Virus record (IMG/VR): IMGVR_UViG_3300021399_000111
Location: 1 to 64,000 of that record
Direction: 5' to 3' (one strand)
From: a virus
Taxonomy: Duplodnaviria; Caudoviricetes
DNA: 64,000 nucleotides
Both the position numbers and the translations under genes were made by a program. Each line of letters opens with the position of its first letter. The first letter of the stretch is position 1. The notes under the pieces are model-generated. The model was not told where the DNA came from. It did not search any database and worked only from the letters and a program-made list of their open reading frames with translations. Below are positions 48,171-58,044 of this stretch, one piece after another.

Positions 48171-50492
48171 TCAAGAATATCCTCTTAATTTTTTACTATG
48201 TTGATATCGGTCTTCAACTTCTGCTTGTTTTCCTAAATTAAATGCAGTTTTATAATCACCAGTAAGATATCCTGTAACTCGTCTTAATCTTTGAATATCA
48301 GTGCCACCGCATTCGGGGCATGCATCATCTATTACACCAGAATATCCACAATGCATACATAAATCATTAGGAACATTTAAAGCAAAATAAGGAATATCTT
48401 TATCCATAGCGTAATTTACAATACTCTCTAATGCTTCGAGATTATGTGTTGCCGCAGCGTCTAATTCCACATATGTGATACATCCCGCAGAACTGTATCC
48501 AGTTAATTGGCTTTCAATATCAATTTTTTCAAAAGGAGATATTTCTTTCCAAACTGGCACATGCATACTATTGGTAAAATATTCTCTGTCACTTACATTG
48601 GGAATTTCTCCATACTTAGCTTTAAACTTCTGCATGCTGGTATAGCAGAGATTTTCAGCTGGTGTGTAGTAAACTCCAAAGTTAAGAGAATATTCTTGTT
48701 TAAATTCCGCACAACGGTCTTTAAATAACTGCTCTATTCTTTTTGCTAATTCCATACCGCGGGCTTCAGTATGATCGCAACTAATTAAGATCTGTAAGCA
48801 TTCAGCCAGACCTATTTGTCCAATAGCCAAAGTGCCATGTTTTAAAGCACTTCGTATACCTTCTTCAGGAATATATCCTGCCATTACATTATTTTCATAC
48901 ATAAACTTTGCGGAAGATGGATCTTGACTACATATATATTCAAAACGCTCAATAAGCATATCTTTAGCATCATTAATTGCTTCATCAAGGAAATGCATAA
49001 ATAAATCAATTAAATTAGGAACTAAAAAACCATCATCATTTGAAATGATTATATCTCCTTCATTAGTAGGAACTGTATATTCACAATGGAATTTTCCTTG
49101 TTTTGCTTCATCTATAACTTCTTTGGCCTCCATCGCTATTGTTGGAAGAATTATAGTCACAGGACAGATATTCCCACGCCCGTCTTTGAGCTGACCAAAG
49201 CCATTTATGTCCCATCCATTTGCAGTCCTGCAACCCATTGTGCTAAAGTATGTGCGTGGATCATTTGGATCATATCCTGCATTGCCGCTCCAATCGCAAT
49301 TCGCATAATTAGGATAAAGTCTCTTTGCAGTAGACTCAAGTGCTAATTGATAAAGGTCATAATTTGGATCTCCAGGCTTACGATTTACTCCTTTCATCAT
49401 TTGGAATATCCCGCAAGGGAATATAGGAGTTTTATGAAATTTACCTACTCCTTTAATACTGCCTTTAAGAAGCGCTTCTATAACCATGCGTCCTTCAGGA
49501 AGCGTACATGTTCCATAATTGATCGAGGTAAAAGGAAGTTGATTCCCGCTTCGGGATTGTAAGGTATTAAGATTATGATACATACCCTCAACCGCCTGCT
49601 GAGTTTCTTTAATCGTCATATCCATAGCATATTTATAAACAGAAGCACAATCGTCATAATCAGGATAGTCTTCAATAGATAAATCTTCAGTAACATTTAT
49701 CCAATTATGAGGAAAATGCTTTAAATAGCAGCCAATATATTCTGCCCCATTGTTCCAATGTTTTCTAAAAGATTTTCTTACATATGGAACCATTGTCCAA
49801 TCTAAGTGAGTTGCAGAAACACCACCAAACTGTTGTAGAGACTGGAGCTGAAAGATTACAGCTACTAACTGAAAAGCAGTATTAATACTATTTGCTGGGC
49901 GTACATCTGTTTGTCGTGTATTAAAACCTTTTGCAAGTAAATCATCAAAAGGAATAGATAAGCAATTATGATCTCCAAGAGCATAATCAGATAAATCATG
50001 AATATAGATTTCATTATTTAAATGACGCATCTTAGATTTTTTAAACATACAATTATCAAGAGCGAATTCTTTCATTAATACTGCATCCGCTTCACCTTTT
50101 CGACCACCAAAGCTGTGTTCATCAACATTCGCATTCTGATTTTGCACATTACTAGCTTGAAGTTTTTCTTTTATAACTGACATCATATGGCTATTCCATT
50201 TACGCTCTTTATCACGGTCATGCCTATATTCAATATAAGCAGTTGCAACATCTTTCCTTTTAGTTGCCATAAGACCATGCTCAACAAGAGATTGAATATC
50301 ATCAATAGTAAGTTCATTCGGAGCGCCTTCCATATATCCTTCAATATAGTCAGCAATATTTTGTGCTTTTTCTAATGCGTAGTCAGAGATATCGCCATCT
50401 ACTGCAGTAAATGCTTTAATTACCGCATTTTTAATTTTTTCTGGATTAAATGGTTGACGAACACCATCTCTTTTAATTACAAAATAAGACAT
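48171..50492 (-). CDS. nrdD: class III anaerobic ribonucleoside-triphosphate reductase
   Basis: N-terminal ATP cone VIKRDG, IYIHDL, MGCRT, TPAE, CxxC..CxxC, glycyl-radical motif RRVTGYL. Confidence 0.95.
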   Translation of the reverse strand: MSYFVIKRDGVRQPFNPEKIKNAVIKAFTAVDGDISDYALEKAQNIADYIEGYMEGAPNELTIDDIQSLVEHGLMATKRKDVATAYIEYRHDRDKERKWNSHMMSVIKEKLQASNVQNQNANVDEHSFGGRKGEADAVLMKEFALDNCMFKKSKMRHLNNEIYIHDLSDYALGDHNCLSIPFDDLLAKGFNTRQTDVRPANSINTAFQLVAVIFQLQSLQQFGGVSATHLDWTMVPYVRKSFRKHWNNGAEYIGCYLKHFPHNWINVTEDLSIEDYPDYDDCASVYKYAMDMTIKETQQAVEGMYHNLNTLQSRSGNQLPFTSINYGTCTLPEGRMVIEALLKGSIKGVGKFHKTPIFPCGIFQMMKGVNRKPGDPNYDLYQLALESTAKRLYPNYANCDWSGNAGYDPNDPRTYFSTMGCRTANGWDINGFGQLKDGRGNICPVTIILPTIAMEAKEVIDEAKQGKFHCEYTVPTNEGDIIISNDDGFLVPNLIDLFMHFLDEAINDAKDMLIERFEYICSQDPSSAKFMYENNVMAGYIPEEGIRSALKHGTLAIGQIGLAECLQILISCDHTEARGMELAKRIEQLFKDRCAEFKQEYSLNFGVYYTPAENLCYTSMQKFKAKYGEIPNVSDREYFTNSMHVPVWKEISPFEKIDIESQLTGYSSAGCITYVELDAAATHNLEALESIVNYAMDKDIPYFALNVPNDLCMHCGYSGVIDDACPECGGTDIQRLRRVTGYLTGDYKTAFNLGKQAEVEDRYQHSKKLRGYS

Positions 50493-50576
50493 TTTTATTA
50501 TTTCCTCCTAGATATTGTTATTTTAAGGGGCTATAATATATTATATTTCTATATGTAGTAAATTAATCATTTTTGG

Positions 50577-50828
50577 TTAATCGCAGAGACCTTCTTCAAG
50601 TTCTTTAATACGACGGTTAATATACCAAATAGCTTTTCTTAAATCTTCAATTTCTTTTTCTATTTGATCTTGGCCTTCAAAATCTTGTTTACGCCCAGCC
50701 CTGGAAATGTATTTGATTGCATTCCCAAGACAAAAGCCGAGATTTTTATCTTCAATATAATCAATGACTTCAATTTTTGTTCCAGCATAATGCGAAGGTT
50801 TATTTACCGGATCATAATTATCTTTCAT
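50577..50828 (-). CDS. DUF3310-family protein
   Basis: DPVNKPSHY...EVIDYIE...FCLGNAIKYISRAGRK...EDLRKAIWY; start MKDNY after GAAGGAG. Confidence 0.8.
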   Translation of the reverse strand: MKDNYDPVNKPSHYAGTKIEVIDYIEDKNLGFCLGNAIKYISRAGRKQDFEGQDQIEKEIEDLRKAIWYINRRIKELEEGLCD

Positions 50829-50883
50829 TTTTTCTCCTTCTGGGCGGCGACCCAGGTTAGGGATCTCAGAAGCTGGACCGCCG

Positions 50884-53800
50884 CTATTCTTCATAATCTT
50901 CTTCAATTATATCTTGCCCAGTATAACGATCATGTCTTATTTTAATTTCATCACCAACAACCTCTTCTATAAGATATAATTGATGTCCTTCAGTATTCTT
51001 ATATGTTTTACCTACAAAAGTATCCTCTCTGCGGAAGCCTGTTACCATTAACATTTTGCCTCTTGTAAACCAACCTTTTTCAACAACTTTCTTGGTTCCA
51101 TCCGGCTGAATTTGACTAATTTGACGCTTAAACATTGCATAATAATCTCTAGTAAACTTTACATTTACGACACCTGTTGTTGTTAATAATGTAATTGAAC
51201 AACGAGTATCATCTTTCGCTAAAACAGTTCCCATTATTCTATGTAATTTATAAATGGGAATTTTATTGTTTCCTCTCTTATAGAAATAATCAATTTCAGG
51301 TTCAGAAGACAAATCATTAAAATTTACAACACCATACTTAAATTCATTAACTTCTGCAAGTTCATGTTTTCCATAATAAAAACATAAAGAATCCATTTCC
51401 CATTTTGAAGTATTACCACTTGCATATTTATCCCAAAGATCTTTAAATAATACAAAGTTATATTTTTGCAACATTTCTTCTTGGTTATTTTTTAACCAAT
51501 CTCTTGCCACATCCATATATTTTTGATAGATTTTATCCCATTTAGTTTGAAGAATACAAGTTTTTCCGTTTATCACTTCAAGATTTTCTATGTAATCGGA
51601 TAGAAATCTATTAAAAAACATATCACAAGATTCATCAAAAATAAAATAATTTTGCCATTTTTTATTTGCTTTTAAATATTTTGTAAAATTATATATTCTT
51701 ATTTGCATTTCTAATTCTTCTGGAATTAATCCATATTGAATTAAACCATTAAAATTTATTAAATTTAATTTTTTCTTTGGCTCACAAATTTTAAGAATAT
51801 AATAAACCATAATTTCTTGTCTGTTCTTGAATGAAGTTTCAATTTCATCAAAGGCGCCTGCTTTAATCAGATTTATCATAACTGTTTTTGTAAGCGGGCA
51901 ACGAGCAAGAAAATCTTTAATGCCATTATACGGTCTATTTTGAATGATTTTTTCAATTGAATCATTACTCATTCTATTAATTGCTTTAAGACCATATAGA
52001 ATACGATTATGTTCAACATCAGGTTTAAAACCATAATCTGATGTATTAATATTAACTAAAGATACTTTAATACCTTTAGATTTAATTGTAGAAATTGCTT
52101 TTGCAATTTTTGCATAATCAGTTGTTTTTTTCTTTTTCCCAAATCTATCTTTTAAATCCTCATATTCATAATCTGGATCTTCTTTATCATAGATATTAAC
52201 AATTTCTTCATTATCTTCTAGGCTACCGCTATTCACAACTAAGCAGGCAGTATCCCAATATATAGGATTCCATTTAGTTGCAATATATGCAGTTTGAAAT
52301 CCAATAAAAGAATATGCTAACGCATGAATTACACTAAAGGAATAACCCATCTGAGGTCCAATGCCGCATTCCCAAATGTATTTACCTAACTCTGGACGTT
52401 TTGCTTGAGATAATACCTGCTCATGAAGTGCAGGAATTTTATCCATTTGTTTTTTACCAACAATTTTTCTTGCAGCATTTGCATCTTTAAGACTAAAACC
52501 GCAAATTGCTGGATCCATTAACATTGTCATTAATTGCTCTTGGCTAGGCGGTACTCCATGAGATTTAAGAAAATGTGGTTTTAAAGACTTAATTTCTTCA
52601 TCAGTAAGTCCATACTTATACATTTCATCATACCAAAGATTAATATTATTCTTAAATCGAACATATTTATCCATTGGCTGTTCTCCGCCATCTTCACCTG
52701 TCATAAGTCTCATTAAACCATTTGCATCTGCCATTTCAAGCATACTACTAGGTTTAATTTTCTTTGCCGCCTGGCTACCAACAGCAGAATCAAACTGAAA
52801 TAAATCAAGAACTTTTACATCTTGAATATTTTTCCATACATCTTTATCTTCAATAGGAAGAACACTTGGATGAAAATATTTATTATAAATTTCTCTTAAA
52901 GTTAAATCTTTTTCAATTTCTCCATATTCTTGAAGAAATTTAATTGCTTGAACTAGTTTATCTTGTACTTCTGTTACGAGGAAATCATATTTTGTCATTC
53001 CTGCAGCTTCGCACATATGAAGGTCATATTGAGTTATTACATCTCCACTAGGCGTTCTCATAAAACATCCATGCTCATATGGATCTTCATCAAACATAAT
53101 AACACCAGATGCATGGCTACTACGCTTATTGATAATTCCCTCAATACCCATCATAATGTTTAAAAGCCCAGGATATTGATTTACTTCGCTAAGAAAACTA
53201 ATGACTGGTTTTCTACCTTTGGATTCATCACCATATACGACGGTATGCAAGTCCCATAAAAATCCTCTTTCTTGGGGAATAAGACTTGATAAATATTGGG
53301 CGGTATCAACGTCGATTCCATCGGGGTACTCGTCACTACGATAGCCTCTACAAGCTGTTTGTATAGCTGATTTACTAGTTTCTGTCCCGAAGGTTGCAAT
53401 GAGAGTACATCCACAATTTCGTCTAGTGACATTGTCGATGTCGGCATTAAAATTTCTTCCTCTTTCATCTTTTATCCTTTGTAAAATTAATGGTCTTTTA
53501 CTAGGGCATAAATCAAGGTCAATATCACCTAGTTCAAATCTTTCTTTATTTAAATATCTCCAGAATGGAAGATTCCATTCTATTGGATCAAGCTGTGTGA
53601 TACCTAAGAGATAATGATTAAGTCCTGAACAAGAAGAACCACGTCCCGCGCCTACCATACTTCCGCATTCCCAAAATAAATCTACATAATGTTGAAGTGT
53701 GATAGGATATGAAAACATATTTGTATTTAATGCTTTTCCTATCGTTCGTTTAATATCAGCTTCTTCTTCAAGTCTTTCATAGTAAGGATCTGATTTTTTA

Positions 53801-54888
53801 TGATTATATGGAACAGTATCAATTAATGTTTCTATTTTATTAACACATTCATTTACCCAATATCTTTCATATATATCATCAGATGTAAACATTGATGCTA
53901 ATACTGGATAATGTTCATACCAATAATCTGAGATTTTTTTCTTTTCATAGTTCCTTACTTTAACCTTAGGAATTTGCTGGCTATGTAAAAGACTATAATC
54001 TTCTATTTTATTATAAATCTCCATACTATTTTTACACATTGTATCATATAAATCAATAATAGATGGAGCTAAATTTTCTTTTATTTCTTCTTCTGTCTGA
54101 AGATAAGCATATTCATAAAATTGTGCAACTTCACGCTCTCCACCTTTAGAATTAAGGTATGCTTCATGCACATATCTATCTTCTTTAGTGAGGTAATGAG
54201 CATCACAACCTATTACCATTTTAACGCCAAACACAACAGAAAGTTCAGCAATCTTTTTATTAACAATAATTTGTTCTTTATTTGCGGCGGGTGCTACTTC
54301 AAAATAAAAGTCATCACCAAACAGTTCTTTGCACCAAAGAACGAAATCAATAATTTGCTGTTTCTTTTTTTCTGCGGTTATGGCGTCACCAATCTTTCGT
54401 ACAGCTTCTAACTCAAGGATGCATGAACCAAGTTCCCCACCTATACAAGCAGTTGTAGCAATAAGATGACCAGGATTTTCTTTTATAACCATTTCCAAAT
54501 CTTCTTTAAGTGTTGGTACCCGCTCAAGACCGCGATCAAAATAAGAATTAAGCCAAGCGATTGAGGACAATCTTCTTAATTGTTTATGACCTTCTGCATC
54601 TTTAGAAATCAAAATAAAGTGATAATATTTTTGTCCAGAATCTCTAGTATTTGTGAGATAAATCTCATTTCCTATTGCTATTTTAAAATCTGGATACTTT
54701 TCTTTTATCTCTTGTGCATATTTATTGATTTCGATTGAATCACTAAGACATTCATGCTCAGTTATTGCGATTCCTGCAAGTCCAATCTCAATCGCATAAT
54801 CAATAAGATTTTTAGGTTTATTAATTGCATCTAAAAGTCTAAGATTTGAATAGTGTGTATGACTATGCAATTCCATTCTTAAAGACAT
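50884..54888 (-). CDS. dnaE: DNA polymerase III alpha subunit (family C)
   Basis: PHP domain HSHTHYS..AITEH..DAHY; GAGRGS; GDIDLD; HASGV; KYDFL; YSFSVIHA; promoter TTGACT-17-TATAAT at 54951-54923. Confidence 0.95.
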   Translation of the reverse strand: MSLRMELHSHTHYSNLRLLDAINKPKNLIDYAIEIGLAGIAITEHECLSDSIEINKYAQEIKEKYPDFKIAIGNEIYLTNTRDSGQKYYHFILISKDAEGHKQLRRLSSIAWLNSYFDRGLERVPTLKEDLEMVIKENPGHLIATTACIGGELGSCILELEAVRKIGDAITAEKKKQQIIDFVLWCKELFGDDFYFEVAPAANKEQIIVNKKIAELSVVFGVKMVIGCDAHYLTKEDRYVHEAYLNSKGGEREVAQFYEYAYLQTEEEIKENLAPSIIDLYDTMCKNSMEIYNKIEDYSLLHSQQIPKVKVRNYEKKKISDYWYEHYPVLASMFTSDDIYERYWVNECVNKIETLIDTVPYNHKKSDPYYERLEEEADIKRTIGKALNTNMFSYPITLQHYVDLFWECGSMVGAGRGSSCSGLNHYLLGITQLDPIEWNLPFWRYLNKERFELGDIDLDLCPSKRPLILQRIKDERGRNFNADIDNVTRRNCGCTLIATFGTETSKSAIQTACRGYRSDEYPDGIDVDTAQYLSSLIPQERGFLWDLHTVVYGDESKGRKPVISFLSEVNQYPGLLNIMMGIEGIINKRSSHASGVIMFDEDPYEHGCFMRTPSGDVITQYDLHMCEAAGMTKYDFLVTEVQDKLVQAIKFLQEYGEIEKDLTLREIYNKYFHPSVLPIEDKDVWKNIQDVKVLDLFQFDSAVGSQAAKKIKPSSMLEMADANGLMRLMTGEDGGEQPMDKYVRFKNNINLWYDEMYKYGLTDEEIKSLKPHFLKSHGVPPSQEQLMTMLMDPAICGFSLKDANAARKIVGKKQMDKIPALHEQVLSQAKRPELGKYIWECGIGPQMGYSFSVIHALAYSFIGFQTAYIATKWNPIYWDTACLVVNSGSLEDNEEIVNIYDKEDPDYEYEDLKDRFGKKKKTTDYAKIAKAISTIKSKGIKVSLVNINTSDYGFKPDVEHNRILYGLKAINRMSNDSIEKIIQNRPYNGIKDFLARCPLTKTVMINLIKAGAFDEIETSFKNRQEIMVYYILKICEPKKKLNLINFNGLIQYGLIPEELEMQIRIYNFTKYLKANKKWQNYFIFDESCDMFFNRFLSDYIENLEVINGKTCILQTKWDKIYQKYMDVARDWLKNNQEEMLQKYNFVLFKDLWDKYASGNTSKWEMDSLCFYYGKHELAEVNEFKYGVVNFNDLSSEPEIDYFYKRGNNKIPIYKLHRIMGTVLAKDDTRCSITLLTTTGVVNVKFTRDYYAMFKRQISQIQPDGTKKVVEKGWFTRGKMLMVTGFRREDTFVGKTYKNTEGHQLYLIEEVVGDEIKIRHDRYTGQDIIEEDYEE

Positions 54889-54949
54889 GACATTTATCCC
54901 CTTTTATCATTTTTCTATATATATTATATCATATTTTTTAAAAAAAGTC

Positions 54950-54981
54950 AAAAAAAGAGGGGGAAGACTGAAGTCTTCCCC
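54950..54981 (-). terminator. terminator of the flagellin gene
   Basis: GGGGAAGAC-TTCA-GTCTTCCCC-CTCTTTTTTT on the minus strand. Confidence 0.8.
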
Positions 54982-54998
54982 AAATTTTATAAAATTGA

Positions 54999-55811
54999 TT
55001 AGCCAAGTAATGCAAGAACACCTGCATTAGCTTGATTAGACTGAGCCAACATAGCTTGTCCCGCCTGCGCAAGAATATTCGCATTTGAATACTTAACCAT
55101 TTCTGTTGCCATATCAGCATCACGAATCTGGCTTTCCGCAGAAGTAGTATTTTCAACAACATTATTAAGATTGTTGATAGTATGCTCAAGACGATTCTGG
55201 ACAGCACCAAGATCAGATCTTTGGCTACTAACAGTCTCTAAAGCAGTTTTAATAGAACTAATAGCTGCAGTAGCACCATCATAATCAGATACATCTAAAG
55301 AATCAACACTAAGAGTTCCAGCATCCATTGCCCCAATAGAAATCTCGATGTTTTGTCCGCCTTCAGCTCCGACCTGAAGTTTCTTACCAGTGAAGTTACC
55401 ATCTAACAAATTCTGCTCATTGAAAGTTGTTGTTGAAGCAACACGGCTAATTTCAGATGCAAGAGCATCGATTTCAGACTGAATGTACCCGCGATCAGTA
55501 CTCATATTAGTGTCATTTGCAGCTTGAGTGGCGAGTTCATTCATTCTCTGAAGCATATCATGTACTTCATTTAATGCACCTTCCGCAGTTTGAACAGCGG
55601 AAATTCCATCTTGGGCATTTCTTACCGCTTGAGTTAATCCTCTTACCTGTCTACGCATCTTTTCAGAAATAGCTAAACCAGCCGCATCATCAGCAGCACG
55701 GTTAATTCTATAACCAGAAGAGAGCTTTTCTGTTGACTTAGATAAAGTAGATTGAGTTAAGCCAAGCATTCTGTTAGAATTCATTGCGGTTAAATTGTGT
55801 TGAATAGTCAT
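54999..55811 (-). CDS. fliC: flagellin (270 aa, short Lachnospiraceae-type, FliC/Hag)
   Basis: IQHNLTAMNSNR, EKLSSGYRINRAADDAAGLAISEKMR, QTAEGAL, LQRMNELATQAAN, RSDLGAVQNRLEH, SQIRDADMA, AMLAQSNQ. Confidence 0.97.
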   Translation of the reverse strand: MTIQHNLTAMNSNRMLGLTQSTLSKSTEKLSSGYRINRAADDAAGLAISEKMRRQVRGLTQAVRNAQDGISAVQTAEGALNEVHDMLQRMNELATQAANDTNMSTDRGYIQSEIDALASEISRVASTTTFNEQNLLDGNFTGKKLQVGAEGGQNIEISIGAMDAGTLSVDSLDVSDYDGATAAISSIKTALETVSSQRSDLGAVQNRLEHTINNLNNVVENTTSAESQIRDADMATEMVKYSNANILAQAGQAMLAQSNQANAGVLALLG

Positions 55812-55820
55812 AATTTTTTT

Positions 55821-55928
55821 CCTCCTTGAAAATAAAATACCACATCCTTGTGGCAGTTAATATATTATAAAACTCTTATGAGTTTTATTTTCTATAATTA
55901 TTATAACAAAAATTTTATCTTTTGTCAA
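55821..55928 (-). promoter_or_regulatory. flagellin sigma-A promoter and leader with CsrA-type sites
   Basis: TTGACA(55928)-17-TATAAT(55905); 9-bp inverted repeat 55867-55888; hairpin GCCACAAGGATGTGGT 55854-55839; SD CAAGGAGG. Confidence 0.8.
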
Positions 55929-55959
55929 TATTAAATAAATTTTATCTTTATTATATTAT

Positions 55960-56394
55960 TTAAATCTGTCCATATGGATCCCACTCTCTACAATTAAAAA
56001 ATTTTTGAAGCGCCCAACGCTCACTACATAGATTTAGTGGAGATTCATATACTATTAAAGCAATAGTATTAGCATTAAATTTATTACAGCAATGCTCAAA
56101 TGCCCATAAAGTTTTTTCTTTATCAACCAATGTTTTTAATAATTCTTCATATTCAATCATTGTTGGACAAAAAGGGGCTTTGCTTTTATCTTCACAAGGA
56201 CAAGTATGTTTTCCATAGCGTTGAACTATAAGCGGCTCATACCGAAGCCCGCATACTATTCCTCTCTTGTCTATATAATATTCTTTTCCTTCTGGCGGGC
56301 GGTACCAAACTGGATCACTAAGTGCAGTTGACACTGGAATAATATTAGGTGTAAAATTTCTAATTTGATAAAAATAACTTGTTACAATTTTCAT
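55960..56394 (-). CDS. DUF488-like protein
   Basis: IVTSYF...P.WY...ALIVYE.P..CSER pattern. Confidence 0.5.
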   Translation of the reverse strand: MKIVTSYFYQIRNFTPNIIPVSTALSDPVWYRPPEGKEYYIDKRGIVCGLRYEPLIVQRYGKHTCPCEDKSKAPFCPTMIEYEELLKTLVDKEKTLWAFEHCCNKFNANTIALIVYESPLNLCSERWALQKFFNCREWDPYGQI

Positions 56395-56521
56395 ATTCTT
56401 TAATCGCTTTTTTCAAAACTTCTTCTGATATTATTTGATAATTTCTTTTATTAAACCAATAATATCCAGATTTATCTTCAACTGGCTCAAAAAGATTTTT
56501 TATTATTAATACATTATTCAT
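56360..56521 (-). CDS. 53-aa hypothetical protein (below ORF-track cutoff)
   Basis: MNNVLIIKNLFEPVEDKSGYYWF...; fills the gap between coupled genes. Confidence 0.45.
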   Translation of the reverse strand: MNNVLIIKNLFEPVEDKSGYYWFNKRNYQIISEEVLKKAIKEYENCNKLFLSN

Positions 56522-56723
56522 CTATAGCTGCCTCAATCTCATAGCCATCTGCACAACCTATATCATCTATCTCATCAAATTCTGTAAAATGATATAACTT
56601 ATATCCAACTTTGACTACATCAAAAACTTTACCAAAATCTTCAGCCCATTTAGAACCCGAATAAAATATTTTTAATCTAGTTCCATCAGGTAGATTTCTA
56701 ACTTGATCTGCTGTTAATCTCAT
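56514..56723 (-). CDS. hypothetical protein (69 aa)
   Basis: AGGAGG RBS, coupled. Confidence 0.65.
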   Translation of the reverse strand: MRLTADQVRNLPDGTRLKIFYSGSKWAEDFGKVFDVVKVGYKLYHFTEFDEIDDIGCADGYEIEAAIDE

Positions 56724-56724
56724 T

Positions 56725-56953
56725 TTAAAAGCCTCCTGGATATTCTATTTCCATATATTCAAATTCATTTTTTAAATCCTCTAAAGCTATATCTTCATAA
56801 CTAGCATCTTGTCCATCAGTATATAACATTCGAGCTTCGCCATAATAACTCCAATTATCTACTCCTGCACATTCAAGAGCATCTAATTGATTTTCTTTTT
56901 TTAATAATTCTAATAATCTTTCTTCATTTATAATATAGTGTTTCATTTCACAT
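56725..56953 (-). CDS. hypothetical protein
   Basis: LDALECAGVDNWSYY motif common in small phage proteins; start uncertain, likely MKHYII near 56946. Confidence 0.6.
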
Positions 56954-56962
56954 GTCTCCAAG

Positions 56963-57154
56963 CTATGAATTATTATTTCTAATCTTTTCATTAGCTTCAT
57001 ATTCTTTACATTCCAATTCTAATTTAAATATATCTGGAGCGGCAAGATTATCCCAATGACCTCCAATTTTATCACAAATTTCTTTTAATATAGACTTATA
57101 TTGACATACAGAAGCATGAATACAATGTGTGCAGTCGCTATAATTCTTAAACAT
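56963..57154 (-). CDS. small Cys-rich protein
   Basis: CTHCIH..VC...C pattern; AAGGAG RBS. Confidence 0.6.
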   Translation of the reverse strand: MFKNYSDCTHCIHASVCQYKSILKEICDKIGGHWDNLAAPDIFKLELECKEYEANEKIRNNNS

Positions 57155-57573
57155 TAATTTTCTCCTTTAATCTTTTCTATCAATTCTTCAACAACTTTTT
57201 CGTGCATCTCATTCGCTGCAAGGTCAGGATGCTGATTATATTTATCCATAACTTCTTCCCAGGTTTTGCCCCAGATACCCCATTCGCTATTAAATTCAAT
57301 TTCTTTACTTACATCGGCATCATAATAAATATCATACTCTTCTGCTTCAAAAGCCTTAGTTTCATACCATCTTTCTGCTCCAACAGTTGTTATTTTATAA
57401 TGATATGGTTCTGTTGGAGTTTCAAATATTAAACAACCTACGGTAGAAATAATCCATTTTTTATTTTTATATTCAAGAAGAGTATTTCTACGGAAAAGAC
57501 AATCTTTTGAACAAATAAAATGTCCACCCCATCCGCGTTCAGTTCTTTTTACTTCATTCATTATTAATCCCAC
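57154..57573 (-). CDS. hypothetical protein (139 aa)
   Basis: ERGWGGHFICS..CLFRRNTL; promoter TTGATT-17-TATAAT at about 57620-57592. Confidence 0.65.
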   Translation of the reverse strand: MGLIMNEVKRTERGWGGHFICSKDCLFRRNTLLEYKNKKWIISTVGCLIFETPTEPYHYKITTVGAERWYETKAFEAEEYDIYYDADVSKEIEFNSEWGIWGKTWEEVMDKYNQHPDLAANEMHEKVVEELIEKIKGEN

Positions 57574-57647
57574 CTTTTATTTTATATAAATATTATATCA
57601 TATTTTTTAATAAAAATCAAATAATATAGAAATGCGGCCGCCCGATG

Positions 57648-57863
57648 TTACTTTGAACTAGACCCGGCGTCCGCACTTATTTCAATTCCTTTAAGTGTAG
57701 TTACTATATTATTATTTGGAAACATTTTACTTACCACTTTACACATTTCAGAAGCTGCATCAATATCCCATATATCTGCATCTACTGTTATAATTAAAGT
57801 ATCGCCATCTTTTATATCTAGCTTAGAGATAATAATACCTGGTTCTATTTCAAAATTATTCAT
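57648..57863 (-). CDS. hypothetical protein (71 aa)
   Basis: Coupled ORF with AGGAG RBS. Confidence 0.6.
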   Translation of the reverse strand: MNNFEIEPGIIISKLDIKDGDTLIITVDADIWDIDAASEMCKVVSKMFPNNNIVTTLKGIEISADAGSSSK

Positions 57864-58044
57864 CGTATTCTCTCCTAAATATATTATATACCAAATTATC
57901 TTGAGTAAAACATCCTACTAAGAAAAAACCATAAGAATGAATAATATTTAATTTTTCTTGCGTTACTGCTTCTTCTTGTATAATAAACTCAGATATATCT
58001 GTTAATGGGATTATTTTTATAATATTACCTTCTTGCATATTCAC
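57856..58044 (-). CDS. hypothetical protein (62 aa)
   Basis: Coupled ORF. Confidence 0.5.
   Translation of the reverse strand: MNMQEGNIIKIIPLTDISEFIIQEEAVTQEKLNIIHSYGFFLVGCFTQDNLVYNIFRREYDE

Noticed and set aside
54999-55811. Flagellin as flanking host chromosome or prophage boundary
   Set aside because: Phage-type genes and promoters continue on both sides, and no att site, integrase or other host genes are seen. Read-level confirmation is still needed.
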